47,026 bases of DNA from NCBI GenBank assembly GCA_964537865.1, contig CAZIDA010000001.1:1-47026 (forward strand). The letters run 5' to 3'. The notes beneath the pieces are model-generated. The model did no database searches and had not been told where the DNA came from. It saw only the letters and a list, made by a program, of their open reading frames with translations. The position numbers were made by a program, and so were the translations under genes. This DNA comes from an uncultured Acidobacteriota bacterium. Its GTDB lineage: Bacteria > Acidobacteriota > Terriglobia > JAIQFV01. Below are positions 9,913-19,549 of the stretch, piece after piece. The stretch's first letter is position 1. Each line of letters starts with the position of its first letter.

Positions 9913-10201
9913 AGGAACCTCTCCGTTGTTACTGACAAAAATTGGAAAGCCAGACGACCTTCTTACCTTCTGCGCGGAAGGCGGCCTACTTCTCCGAGAT
10001 GAAATCAATTTCGGATAAGCAATTGCCAGGCCAATTCTCCGGACAAATCTCGGGCAAGTATCCACGGCTAAACAAGGACTTACGCCCTGAATCTTTGGAA
10101 GACGTGTTTCATTCAGCGATTGATGAAACGGTAGTATTGCGATATGGTGTTGCGGCGTTCGAGAAGAAGAAATATTCCGTGGGGAAACTGGTCTCCATCT
10201 C

Positions 10202-10269
10202 TTCCCCGAAGGGGACGCGTCCTCCAGCCCAGGGTTGTCCGCCGGCCCTTTCGGCGGACTACCCTGGGT
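10202..10269 (+). repeat. structured intergenic repeat, family A, copy 1
   Basis: TTCCCCGAAGGGGACGCGTCCTCCAGCCCAGGGTTGTCCGCCGGCCCTTTCGGCGGACTACCCTGGGT. It contains the hairpin CCCC-GAA-GGGG and a long hairpin CCCAGGGT-T-GTCCGCCG...CGGCGGAC-T-ACCCTGGG. It is nearly identical to 13503..13569. Confidence 0.8.
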
Positions 10270-10361
10270 ACAATTCTAATCGAAGCGATAACCCCACCGG
10301 GGTTATGGCCAACACAGGACCATTCTCGGAGAAATCGATTTTGATTTTGAGTTGAAAAGGA

Positions 10362-10979
10362 TCACCGCCCGTAGCTGGCCATGGCGGCCGGCTTCAATTT
10401 GGCGTTAAAGCCGATGGCGTAAGGACAAAAGATGTTGGCGCGGCGCGCTCGGTTTTGATTGGGTCCGCCCAGATAGTAAGCGTTGATCTTGAAGTGATAA
10501 TCATCGACGGTGCCGGCGAGTGAGCCGTCGGCGGTGTAGCCCCACGCCTGCGAACGCTTCTTGTCGTTGACTTCCAGAATGATATAAATGGCGTTGGGCT
10601 TCATGTCGCCGATGTCGGTCCGGCTGGGTTGCGAGACGCCTTTCAGTTCGCCCCAGCCCGTGTGCGAATGAAAATCGCCAACCAGAGAAAGGTGCGGCAT
10701 GTTCTTCAGAAAACTTTCCATGCGCTTCTCGGCGCGCGTATTTTTTCGAACGCTCAGATGCGTGCGGCTCGCCGTCTGATGCGGCACCGCATGCTCGATG
10801 ATGAACATGCTGTTCTCGTTGCGATAGCCGATCAACTGCCCGTAAGTTTCTTTCTTGTAGACTTCGATGGCGGAAATGAGCAGGCCCCAAAAAGCATTCG
10901 CGGAGATGTACGCTTCGATCGTTTGAGGCGGTCGAATCGGCTCAATGACGGATTTTGTTTTTCTGAGTTCGCTGCTCAC
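10362..10979 (-). CDS. JAB/MPN (JAMM) domain metalloprotease-like protein
   Basis: Motifs: E in VYKKETYGQLIGY, then FHSHTGWGELKGVSQPSRTD (HxH...SxxD, with a longer spacer than the canonical Hx HX7SxxD). The track ORF extends to 11171 but would overlap pxpB. GTG 10979 is my best guess for the start, and it is uncertain. Confidence 0.55.
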   Translation of the reverse strand: MSSELRKTKSVIEPIRPPQTIEAYISANAFWGLLISAIEVYKKETYGQLIGYRNENSMFIIEHAVPHQTASRTHLSVRKNTRAEKRMESFLKNMPHLSLVGDFHSHTGWGELKGVSQPSRTDIGDMKPNAIYIILEVNDKKRSQAWGYTADGSLAGTVDDYHFKINAYYLGGPNQNRARRANIFCPYAIGFNAKLKPAAMASYGR

Positions 10980-11060
10980 GATGAACCCACAAACTTGTGA
11001 GATAATTCTTGCGCCGAGAAATTGGGATGCCCTTATAGCACAAAAAGGAGGGGCCGCGAA

Positions 11061-11738
11061 GTGAATTTTTTTCAGGTGGGGGAAGGGGCCGTTGGCGTGG
11101 AATTTGGCCCCCAAATTGATGTCAAAATGAACCGGAAGGTCCTCCATCTGGGCCGGTCTTTGGAGGGTCAAAATTGGCCGGAGATTGAGGAAATTGTGCC
11201 GGCTTATTCCTCGGTGACCATTTACTTTAATCCGCTAGAAACAAGCGGTTTAACCATCCTGACGCGGCTTCAAAAGTTGCTCTCCGAACTGCCGAAAGAT
11301 GCCGGCGAAAGGTCTCGGCTTCACGAGGTTCCAGTGGCTTACGGGGAAGAGTTCGGGCCGGACTTGGAGAGGGTGGCGGGCTTGAACCAAATCTCTGCCG
11401 AAGAAGTGATTCGAATCCACACATCGACCGACTTTCGAGTATTCATGTTGGGCTTCATGCCGGGATTCCCTTACTGTGGAATCGTTCCCGAAAAATTACG
11501 AGCTCCGCGTCTGGCTTCTCCTCGAACGCGAGTGCCCGCGGGCTCGGTTGGAATCGCGGCCGCGCAAACGGGAATCTATCCCATGGAAAGTCCGGGAGGT
11601 TGGCAACTGATTGGCCGAACGCCGCTGAAGCTTTTCGATCCGCAAGCGAGCGGCGATTCGATGTTTCGTTTCCACGCCGGAGACACCATCCGATTTCGTT
11701 CCATCTCCCCGGAGGAGTTTTATGACAAAGCGCATTGA
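11061..11738 (+). CDS. pxpB: 5-oxoprolinase subunit B (KipI / allophanate hydrolase subunit 1 family)
   Basis: GTG 11061 lies 9 nt after AAGGAGG. Family motifs: [53 protein letters not shown]. Confidence 0.8.
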   Translation: MNFFQVGEGAVGVEFGPQIDVKMNRKVLHLGRSLEGQNWPEIEEIVPAYSSVTIYFNPLETSGLTILTRLQKLLSELPKDAGERSRLHEVPVAYGEEFGPDLERVAGLNQISAEEVIRIHTSTDFRVFMLGFMPGFPYCGIVPEKLRAPRLASPRTRVPAGSVGIAAAQTGIYPMESPGGWQLIGRTPLKLFDPQASGDSMFRFHAGDTIRFRSISPEEFYDKAH

Positions 11739-12486
11739 TTTGAATTGCGACATGGGTGAAAGCTTCGGCGCTTGGAAGAAGGGCGTCGACGAAGAGATCA
11801 TGCCGTTCATCACCTCGGCCAACATCGCCTGCGGATTTCACGGCGGCGATCCGGACATCATGCGGAAGACGGTGGAATGCGCGGCGCGTCATGGCGTGGG
11901 AGTGGGCGCGCATCCGGGATACCCGGATCTTTCAGGTTTTGGGCGGCGCGAGATGAATGTCTCCGCTCGAGAGGCCAGGAATTTCGTGCTCTATCAAATC
12001 GGCGCGCTGGCGGCCTTTGCTCACGCCGCGGGCGCGCGACTGACCCACGTCAAAGCGCACGGAGCGCTTTACAATCAAGCGGCGCGCGACCCGAATCTGG
12101 CCCAAGCGTTGGCGGCGGCCGTCAAAGAGTTCGATCCTTCTTTGATCTTTGTGGGAATGGCCGGTTCAGAGTTGATTCGCGCGGGCGAACGAGAAGGTTT
12201 GCGCGTCGCCCACGAAGTGTTTGCCGATCGAACTTATCAGCCCGATGGTTCGCTGACCTCTCGAAAGCTCCCCAACGCCTTAATCCGCGACGCCGAGGAA
12301 GCGGCGCGGCGCGTGATCCGCATGGTCACGGAAGGGAAAGTCCGAGCCGAGAACGGGGAAGACATTTTTGTGCGAGCCGACACGGTGTGCATTCATGGAG
12401 ATTCACCGGTGGCGCTGGAATTTGCCAAGACGATTCGGAGAAGACTGCAGGAACAGGGAATTGAAACGCAATCCATGGCCGCGTGA
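11722..12486 (+). CDS. pxpA: 5-oxoprolinase subunit A (LamB/YcsF family)
   Basis: [21 protein letters not shown]...[12 protein letters not shown]...VGAHPGYPD is the canonical LamB/YcsF signature. It overlaps the pxpB end by 17 nt. Confidence 0.9.
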   Translation: MTKRIDLNCDMGESFGAWKKGVDEEIMPFITSANIACGFHGGDPDIMRKTVECAARHGVGVGAHPGYPDLSGFGRREMNVSAREARNFVLYQIGALAAFAHAAGARLTHVKAHGALYNQAARDPNLAQALAAAVKEFDPSLIFVGMAGSELIRAGEREGLRVAHEVFADRTYQPDGSLTSRKLPNALIRDAEEAARRVIRMVTEGKVRAENGEDIFVRADTVCIHGDSPVALEFAKTIRRRLQEQGIETQSMAA

Positions 12487-12495
12487 GACACCCGA

Positions 12496-13428
12496 ATGCC
12501 GCCGACACTCGAGGTTCTAAAGCCCGGGCTTTTGACGACCGTGCAGGATTTGGGGCGCTACGGCTATCAACGCTTCGGCGTCTCAGTGGCCGGCGCGATG
12601 GATTCGTTTTCGCATCGCGTCGCCAATCGCTTGATGGGAAATGAAGAGAACGCCGCGACTCTTGAATGCACGATACTTGGACCGACGCTCCACTTTCTAG
12701 CCTCAACCACCATCGCCGTGGCCGGCGCGAATCTTTCCCCACAGATGAATGAACGAGCGCTTCCGATGTGGCAAGCGATGCGAGTGAACTCCGACGACGT
12801 TCTTTCGTTCAGCGAATGCCGCAGCGGCTGTCGCGCCTATTTGGCCGTGGCCGGCGGCATCGATGTGCCCGTGGTTTTGGGAAGCCGCTCCACGCATACG
12901 CGCACCTGCCTGGGCGGCTTCGAGGGACGCGCTCTCAAACGCGGCGATCTCCTTTTCACCGGGGAATCAAAGTCCAAGCTGATTGCCGCGACCTTCGAGT
13001 TACTCGATTATGATGAAATTCTCTCGTCTCGACGAATCCGGCTTCTCAAAGGCCCTCAATTTGGAGATTTTGAACCGCGCTCAATTGAAGATTTTCTTGG
13101 AAGGACGTACCGCGTCTCCTCAACTTCCGATCGCATGGGATTGAGGTTGGAAGGACCGAAACTGATCCACCGCAATGCGGCGGACATCATCTCAGACGCC
13201 GTGCCCTTGGGAACGGTCCAGGTTCCGGCGAATGGCCAGCCCATCGTGTTGGGCGCAGATCGTCAAACCACCGGCGGCTATCCCAAAGTCGCCGTGGTGA
13301 TCGCCGCGGATTTTCCCGTGATCGCTCAACTCAAGCCCCAAGACGAAATCCGATTTGAGCTGGTGTCGCTCGATGAAGCTCTGAAGGCGCTGAAGTCTCT
13401 TGAAGAGAAAATTCAAGCGGTGCGTTGA
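12496..13428 (+). CDS. pxpC: 5-oxoprolinase subunit C (KipA / allophanate hydrolase subunit 2 family)
   Basis: LEVLKPGLLTTVQDLGRYGYQRFGVSVAGAMD and GTVQVPANGQPIVLGADRQTTGGYPKVAVV are family motifs. Confidence 0.85.
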   Translation: MPPTLEVLKPGLLTTVQDLGRYGYQRFGVSVAGAMDSFSHRVANRLMGNEENAATLECTILGPTLHFLASTTIAVAGANLSPQMNERALPMWQAMRVNSDDVLSFSECRSGCRAYLAVAGGIDVPVVLGSRSTHTRTCLGGFEGRALKRGDLLFTGESKSKLIAATFELLDYDEILSSRRIRLLKGPQFGDFEPRSIEDFLGRTYRVSSTSDRMGLRLEGPKLIHRNAADIISDAVPLGTVQVPANGQPIVLGADRQTTGGYPKVAVVIAADFPVIAQLKPQDEIRFELVSLDEALKALKSLEEKIQAVR

Positions 13429-13502
13429 GCGCCTCTGTTCCTTGCGCGCTAGGACGACCATGATGAAAGGAATGGCTCGATGCATTTGAGTCGAACATGC
13501 TT

Positions 13503-13569
13503 TTCCCCGAAGGGGATGCCTCCTCCAGCCCAGGGTTGTCCGTCGGTTTTTTGGCGGACTACCCTGGGT
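13503..13569 (+). repeat. structured intergenic repeat, family A, copy 2
   Basis: TTCCCCGAAGGGGATGCCTCCTCCAGCCCAGGGTTGTCCGTCGGTTTTTTGGCGGACTACCCTGGGT has the same architecture as 10202..10269. The one arm substitution gives a T:G pair, which is a wobble only in plus-sense RNA. Confidence 0.8.
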
Positions 13570-13890
13570 CCTGAATCCCTGCGCGGATGCCAACCTCGCA
13601 GAGGTTGTGGAAGAATCGCCGGCCATTTTTCAACACGGTCGCTGAGGGGACAACCCTCACATCTTATCCTCGGCATGTAGATCCGCTCTCAACCAACCCG
13701 AAATTTCTCTTTTCTCCTCCGGATATTTTTGTTAGAGTCATTTCGTTTCGCCCCCCCATGCAGCGATAGTGTTCTCTTAACAATCTACCCCCCGTATAGG
13801 TTTTCTCAACGCATACAACTGAAGTTGTCGCGCTGAAGGTCCGCAACCTCTTTCTGTCTCGTGCGCTTCAGCTTCGACTGGGAGGCGATC

Positions 13891-16800
13891 ATGAACGGCC
13901 CAAGAAGAAACATCTCAAGCTCCATCCGCGTCTTGATTTTCCTTCTGTTCAATATCTTCAGCTTCAATCCGCCGATCCTTGCCGACGATCTGGATACGGC
14001 CACGCTTCGCGGCGTGGTGTACGACGAAACCGGTGGCGCTTTGGTGGGCGCGACGGTGACGGTGCAGGAAATCTCCACGCACTTGACCTTGACCCTGAGC
14101 ACCGACAGGGCGGGGCAGTTCGCGGCGACGCAGATTCCTCCCGGTGAATATCGTATGGAGGCGGCGGCGCCATCATTTCGACGTTACGCGAGCGAGCCGA
14201 TTCGACTTTTGTCCGGACAAACCATGGATCTGAAAATCACGCTTCATGTCGGCAGCGTGGAGCAAACCGTTGTCGTGACCGCTGAGGCGCTGGCTCTTGA
14301 TCTTTCCAAAACCGTCGTGGGCGGCTCGTTGACGCCCCAAGAAATCGATCTGCTGCCGCTCAACGGTCGCGAGCCGCTGGACTTGGTCTTCCTCTTTCCC
14401 GGTGTGACGGAGGAACCTTTCGATACGCGTGATGCCGCACGACTGGCCAATGGGCGCTCGTTGAGCGACACGCCGATTGAGGCCGGCGTCTTCTCCTTGT
14501 CCGGCGGTCGCGCCTTCTCGAACAATCTGACCGTCGACGGTTTTGACAACAACGATGACCGGGAAGCGCGGGAGCGGATCAGCTATTCGCGGGAAGCGAT
14601 CGATGAAGTGCAGGTCATCACCAATCAATTCTCGGCGGAGTACGGACGCGCATCGGGAGGGCGCGTCAATCTGCGCACCCGCTCCGGCGCCAATCAGTTT
14701 CATGGCCGCGGCTTCTTCTACTTTCAGGACGAGAGCCTGAATGCCAACAGTTTCTTCCGCAACGCCGTGGGCGAGCCGCGAGTGCCGTATCAAAGCCGGG
14801 AGGCCGGATTTTCGCTGGGCGGTCCGGTGAAAAGAGACCGCCTGTTCTTCTTTGCCTCGTTCGAGCGCGACGACCGGCCCGACAGCACGGAAATCAATTT
14901 GCCGCTGCCGTTTCAAACCAATTCTCGCTACCCGCTTCCTCAGCCTAATGCTCAACTCGGAACAACCATCTATCGCCCTTCCGGTGGCGCACCGCCCATC
15001 GTGGGCGGGCGCTTCATCGATGAAGTGAACACGCCGGCGCATCGCAATTTTTTGATGGGGCGCATGGATGTGATCGCCGGTGAAAGACATAATTTTTCCA
15101 TCAAATATGATTTTTCGAACGGAGCTTCGCTGACTTCCTTCGGGGGCGGCACTCGATTTCCGACCACCGCGGTGGCGCGAGGGCGCGACAGTCAGTCTTG
15201 GGCCGTGAGCGAGAATTTCGTGGCGCGCTCGAATCTGATCAATCAAGCGCGCTTCCAATACTCCCGCCTCCTGCCTTCGAGCTTGGAGCAAAGCCTGCAG
15301 CAACCGGTTGCCATCGTGGTGAACGGAACATCCGGATTCGGCGCCGGGGGTTCGTCGTCCACCTCGGTCAGCAATCGCCGCGGCCAGCGCGTGGAAACGC
15401 GGCATCAAGTGGCCGACAACCTGAGCTGGGTCAAGGGACGTTCCAGCGTCAAGTCCGGATTCGATTTGCAGCGGATTCAGTCGCGCGATTTCGATTTGTT
15501 CGAAATGAACGGCATCTACACCTTCTCCAACGTCGCGGATTTTTTGGACAACCAACCCAGCCGATTTCAGCAGGCCGTGGGAAATCCGCAGGGGGAGATT
15601 TCGAATACGGTGGTGGGCGTGTACTATCAGCAAGACCTCCGGCTGCGTCCGAATTTTTCTTTGAATGTCGGATTGCGATACGACGTGGAAACGGTGCTGC
15701 CGCACGAGCGCAACAATTGGGGACCCCGCTTCTCCTTTGCCTGGGACCCGTTCAAGAGCGGGAAAACGGTGGTGCGGGGCGGATTCGGCCTCTTCTACAA
15801 TCGCGTCTTGCTCCGCACCTTCGGCGATTTCGCCGGCCAATCCGGATTGCGTTTCGTGGATTTGCGCACGGCGGCGGATGTGCAACGGCTGTTTCCGAGT
15901 CTTTCTTCCGCGGACGCGGCGGCCTTTCTCTCCAATCTCTTTCCAAACATTCTTCCCAATACGCAGGCGATCATCGATGCGGCGTCGCCGGCCACGGACA
16001 CGCGTCGAGTCTCGCCGAACTTGCGCATTCCGTATTCCGAGCAGGCGTCGTTCGCCGTGGAGAGAGAACTCCAAGGAGGTTGGACGGTCGAAGCGTCGTA
16101 TCAATTCAATCGCGGCGTCAAGCTGTGGCGCGATCACAACATCAACGCCCCCATTCCTCCGCCGGAAGGCTGGATCAATTATCTGACCAGCCGAACTTTT
16201 TCTTTGAAGCTGGATACCACGACGTACGCCAATGTTCGATTTGATCTGGGCACGAACTCCAGCGTGCCCACTCCGAATGGGCGCGTGATCACCACCCCGG
16301 TGGTGTTGGGATTGAACGCTCCGACGATTCTTTCGGGGTCTTCCACGGCGCGACTCTCGCGATTGATTTTTGAAGCGGTGCGGCCGTTTCGCCGTTTCCC
16401 GGATCTTTTGGGAATCGATCAACTGGAATCGTCGGGCAGCTCCACCTACAACGGCTTCACGCTCGCCGTATCGAAACGGGCAAGCCGCAGCGCTTCGTTC
16501 CACGCTTCGTACACGCTCTCCAAACTTTTCGAAGACACCTTCATCAACACCGCGACGCCACAGGACGAATTCAATTTGGCGGCGGAGCGTTCGCTGGGAA
16601 ATACCGACCAACGGCACCGCTTCGTCTTTCGCGGAATCTTTGAGGTTCCCAAGCTTCGAATCACCCTCGCGCCGATTTTGATGATCAGTTCCGGCCGACC
16701 GTTCACGATCGGCAACGGAGGCAGCGACCGAAATCTTAGCGACCGGGCGACGGACCGCCCGAATTTGATTCAAGCCCTGCTCGATCGACCGGAGCTCACC

Positions 16801-17112
16801 AGCGGCCCGGGTGTTCCTTCGAGCTTCGATCCCTATCAGTACTTCGCGCTGGCGACGATCGGAAGCAGCGGAAACTTGGGTCGAAATATCGGCATCGGAC
16901 CGGCGCAGCATCGCATCGATCTGGGAATCTCAAGGCGGATTAAGCTTTCGGAACGCGTCAGTCTCCGCCCGCAAGTAGAAATCTACAACGTCTTCAACAA
17001 CGTCGTCTTTTTCGTGAATGGCTTTGTCGACATCAACGACAGCGATTTCTTGCAGCCGCGCGCCGCCCGACGCGCCCGCAGCATGCAGTTGTCGTTGCGA
17101 GTGGATTTTTGA
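13891..17112 (+). CDS. TonB-dependent outer-membrane receptor with N-terminal carboxypeptidase-regulatory-like domain
   Basis: ATG 13891 follows GGGAGG. A signal peptide is followed by LRGVVYDETGGALVGATVTV (CarboxypepD_reg-like), a plug region (DGFDNNDD), a long beta-rich body, and a C-terminal ...LSLRVDF with terminal Phe. Confidence 0.8.
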   Translation: MNGPRRNISSSIRVLIFLLFNIFSFNPPILADDLDTATLRGVVYDETGGALVGATVTVQEISTHLTLTLSTDRAGQFAATQIPPGEYRMEAAAPSFRRYASEPIRLLSGQTMDLKITLHVGSVEQTVVVTAEALALDLSKTVVGGSLTPQEIDLLPLNGREPLDLVFLFPGVTEEPFDTRDAARLANGRSLSDTPIEAGVFSLSGGRAFSNNLTVDGFDNNDDREARERISYSREAIDEVQVITNQFSAEYGRASGGRVNLRTRSGANQFHGRGFFYFQDESLNANSFFRNAVGEPRVPYQSREAGFSLGGPVKRDRLFFFASFERDDRPDSTEINLPLPFQTNSRYPLPQPNAQLGTTIYRPSGGAPPIVGGRFIDEVNTPAHRNFLMGRMDVIAGERHNFSIKYDFSNGASLTSFGGGTRFPTTAVARGRDSQSWAVSENFVARSNLINQARFQYSRLLPSSLEQSLQQPVAIVVNGTSGFGAGGSSSTSVSNRRGQRVETRHQVADNLSWVKGRSSVKSGFDLQRIQSRDFDLFEMNGIYTFSNVADFLDNQPSRFQQAVGNPQGEISNTVVGVYYQQDLRLRPNFSLNVGLRYDVETVLPHERNNWGPRFSFAWDPFKSGKTVVRGGFGLFYNRVLLRTFGDFAGQSGLRFVDLRTAADVQRLFPSLSSADAAAFLSNLFPNILPNTQAIIDAASPATDTRRVSPNLRIPYSEQASFAVERELQGGWTVEASYQFNRGVKLWRDHNINAPIPPPEGWINYLTSRTFSLKLDTTTYANVRFDLGTNSSVPTPNGRVITTPVVLGLNAPTILSGSSTARLSRLIFEAVRPFRRFPDLLGIDQLESSGSSTYNGFTLAVSKRASRSASFHASYTLSKLFEDTFINTATPQDEFNLAAERSLGNTDQRHRFVFRGIFEVPKLRITLAPILMISSGRPFTIGNGGSDRNLSDRATDRPNLIQALLDRPELTSGPGVPSSFDPYQYFALATIGSSGNLGRNIGIGPAQHRIDLGISRRIKLSERVSLRPQVEIYNVFNNVVFFVNGFVDINDSDFLQPRAARRARSMQLSLRVDF

Positions 17113-17128
17113 CAGCTTGCCGGGGACC

Positions 17129-17163
17129 TGGCGCAGACCCGCCGCAGCGGGTGTCTGCGCCAC
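17129..17163. repeat. palindromic element, family C, copy 1, at a convergent gene junction
   Basis: TGGCGCAGACCCGCCGCAGCGGGTGTCTGCGCCAC has a 10-bp outer stem TGGCGCAGAC/GTCTGCGCCA plus an inner CCGC/GCGG stem. It lies between the stop of the TonB receptor (17112) and the stop of the minus-strand gene (17166). It is nearly identical to 46406..46440. Confidence 0.75.
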
Positions 17164-17165
17164 GC

Positions 17166-18290
17166 TTATTGCGGCGGGGCGGGAGTGTACTGGAATTCTA
17201 TCGGAGAAGTTTTGAGCGCGTGCGTGGTCGTGACCACGCCGATGACGCGATATTTTCCCGCCGGCACAGGCTGATGATTCGAATCGAGTCCGCGCCATTC
17301 ACCGGTGAACTCAAGTGATTCACCGGGCATCAAAGCCTTGCTGCGCTTGACCTGCGAGAAGTAGCGGCGTTCACTCCAGCGCCACAGGGGTTGATCCGTC
17401 CCTTCCGGAAGAATCCAAAAATCAAACGACTGATCGTTGTCGAAAGTCAGCGGAATCATCTTGTCGTACGGGTTCGACACTTTCAACTTCAAGATGACCT
17501 TGCCCGGTTCCACTTGATCGAACAGCTCCAGTCGCGGGCCGCCCGGCGCGTATGGATTCTCCGCTTCCGGTTTTGGGGGCGGCTCTGTTCCGGTGGTTGC
17601 GCCCGGCTGCGCGGCGCCGCCCGCGGCCGTTTCAGGCGCAAGAGCGTTCGTCTCCACCTTGGCGATCGAAAATGTTTCGACGCCGAATTGAGTGGTGATT
17701 CGCGCGGAGATGATTCCCACGCCGTATTTGAAAACAATCTCGTCGGTCGGAGGGAGCGTAGAATCTCCCGGCCGTCGCGGTGAAGCCGGAGGAAATTCGG
17801 CGCGCAAGATGTGAAGATCCACTTGTCCGGAATTATTTTCACCGGCCTCGAAAGTGACGGCGTGGGCTCCCTCCTCCGGATATAATTCCACGTCCTTTTC
17901 ATTTTCGAGCGCATAGTATCGCTGGCTCCTTCGATCGTATCGAAGAATAGGAATCTGCATCGGCGCGCCCGTCACAAAGGGGAATCGGTTGAAGAGGTAG
18001 TAGGATCGAAAATTCTTGATCATCATCTTCAGGATTTCAACGGTCACCGGTTTGGAGCGCTTCTGGCCGTCGAATGCGACGTTGTATGTCCAGCGAATGC
18101 CGCCCTTGAGAGGAAGATAATCTTCGATCAAATGCAGCCCCTTGCTGGGTGGGGGCTCCGGCGGTTCTTGATTCAACGGAGTGGGAGTAGACTGTGAGAA
18201 TCCCCGGGGAATTGGCAGCAACAGAAGAAGAAGGAAAAAGACCGGCAGTCCCCACCTGGAATGAACCGGATGACGCCGAGCCGCTCGCAT
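17166..18290 (-). CDS. secreted hypothetical protein with a C-terminal BsuPI-like (proteinase-inhibitor fold) domain
   Basis: Start moved to ATG 18290 to avoid overlapping ribBA. It has a signal peptide (GLPVFFLLLLLLPIP) and a Pro/Ala/Gly linker. The C-terminal pattern LKLKVSNPYDKMIPLTFDNDQSFDFWILPEGTDQPLWRWSERRYFSQV..LMPGESLEF is like the BsuPI family. Confidence 0.55.
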   Translation of the reverse strand: MRAARRHPVHSRWGLPVFFLLLLLLPIPRGFSQSTPTPLNQEPPEPPPSKGLHLIEDYLPLKGGIRWTYNVAFDGQKRSKPVTVEILKMMIKNFRSYYLFNRFPFVTGAPMQIPILRYDRRSQRYYALENEKDVELYPEEGAHAVTFEAGENNSGQVDLHILRAEFPPASPRRPGDSTLPPTDEIVFKYGVGIISARITTQFGVETFSIAKVETNALAPETAAGGAAQPGATTGTEPPPKPEAENPYAPGGPRLELFDQVEPGKVILKLKVSNPYDKMIPLTFDNDQSFDFWILPEGTDQPLWRWSERRYFSQVKRSKALMPGESLEFTGEWRGLDSNHQPVPAGKYRVIGVVTTTHALKTSPIEFQYTPAPPQ

Positions 18291-18309
18291 TGCGCGCCAA
18301 GGCTCGTCT

Positions 18310-19488
18310 TCAATCGGTTTCAAAAGAAACTTGTTCCTCGATGGTGATGCCATAGCCTTCCAAGCCGACCAATTTGCGGGGGTGCCGCGTGAGGATGCGG
18401 ATGCGATGCAAATTCAAGCTCGAAAGAATCTGCGAGCCGATGCCGATCTCGCGTTGATTCATTTGCGCGCTTTCGCCGTCGCTGCGATTCTGGGCGTGCC
18501 CGTGGTAGGCGATTTCATATTTGCCGTCGGTCTTCCGCAGTCCAAAGCCGCGACCGGTCTGGTGCAAATAAACGAACACGCCTTTGCCTTCCTGGGCGAT
18601 GCGGCGCAGCGCCGCCTCGATGTCTCTTTGGCAGTTGCAGGAAGTGGATCCCAGCACGTCGCCCGTCAGGCAATGCGAATGGACGCGAACCAACACCGGC
18701 CCGCCGTTTTCGATGGCGCCCTTGATGAGCGCGATGTGGGTTTCGCCGTCGATCATGCTTTCGAACGCGATCATGCGGAAGTCGCCGAACTTCGTCGGCA
18801 AGGTCGTCTCCGCCACCGGATGAACGTAGCGCTCGGTGCGCATGCGATACTTGATGAGATCGGCCACCGTGATCATCTTCAACTGATGCAGCCGGCAGAA
18901 CTCCACGAGCTGCGGCACGCGCGCCATGGTCCCGTCTTCATTCATGATTTCGCAAATCACGCCCGCGGGTTTCATTCCGGCGATGCGCGCCAAATCGACC
19001 GAGGCCTCCGTTTGCCCGGCTCGCACGAGCACGCCGCCCAAACGCGCCCGCAGCGGAAAGATATGACCCGGTCGCGCCAGGTCGTTGGGCTTGGTGGCCG
19101 GATCGATGGCCGCCAAAATCGTATGGGCGCGATCCGCCGCCGAAATGCCCGTGGTCACTTTGTGTTTCGCTTCGATGGAAACGCAGAAGGCCGTCCCGTA
19201 ATTGGAAGTGTTCTCGGTGACCATTATGGGGATTTGAAGCTCATCGAGGCGCTCCGGCGTCAGCGCCAGGCAGATCAATCCCCGGCCATATCGTGCCATG
19301 AAGTTGATGGTTTCCGGCGTCACCTTCTCCGCCGCCATGGTGAGATCGCCTTCGTTTTCGCGGTCTTCATCGTCCACCACGATCACCATCCGCCCGGCCT
19401 TGATGTCGTCGACGGCTTCTTCGACGGAGGCGAAGTGCGGTTGCAGCCGATCGTCGTTGATGGATAGGATGTTCTTTGAACTCGTCAT
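18310..19488 (-). CDS. ribBA: bifunctional 3,4-dihydroxy-2-butanone-4-phosphate synthase / GTP cyclohydrolase II
   Basis: [16 protein letters not shown] (DHBP synthase) and [20 protein letters not shown] (GCH II zinc site). ATG 19488 is preferred over the TTG at 19506. Confidence 0.9.
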   Translation of the reverse strand: MTSSKNILSINDDRLQPHFASVEEAVDDIKAGRMVIVVDDEDRENEGDLTMAAEKVTPETINFMARYGRGLICLALTPERLDELQIPIMVTENTSNYGTAFCVSIEAKHKVTTGISAADRAHTILAAIDPATKPNDLARPGHIFPLRARLGGVLVRAGQTEASVDLARIAGMKPAGVICEIMNEDGTMARVPQLVEFCRLHQLKMITVADLIKYRMRTERYVHPVAETTLPTKFGDFRMIAFESMIDGETHIALIKGAIENGGPVLVRVHSHCLTGDVLGSTSCNCQRDIEAALRRIAQEGKGVFVYLHQTGRGFGLRKTDGKYEIAYHGHAQNRSDGESAQMNQREIGIGSQILSSLNLHRIRILTRHPRKLVGLEGYGITIEEQVSFETD

Positions 19489-19549
19489 GCGTTGATCCAA
19501 CCTCAAAACTTAGTCTTGTGAGAACCCCGACTGAAATGCCGATTCTAGA

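Noticed and set aside
9942-10355. ORFs 9942..10355 and 13480..13680 share a peptide (SPKG..PPAQGCP)
   Set aside because: The shared peptide is just the translation of the family-A DNA repeat. There are no RBSs, and the remaining sequence is unrelated and not protein-like.
11772-12464. 230-aa alternative-frame ORF inside pxpA
   Set aside because: It is an Arg/Gly/Ser-rich out-of-frame product. The pxpA frame carries the LamB/YcsF signature.
14173-16911. 912-aa ORF on the minus strand
   Set aside because: It lies entirely antisense to the TonB-dependent receptor gene. It is Arg/Gly/Ala-rich and low in complexity, as expected for a shadow ORF in GC-rich coding DNA. It has no recognisable motifs.
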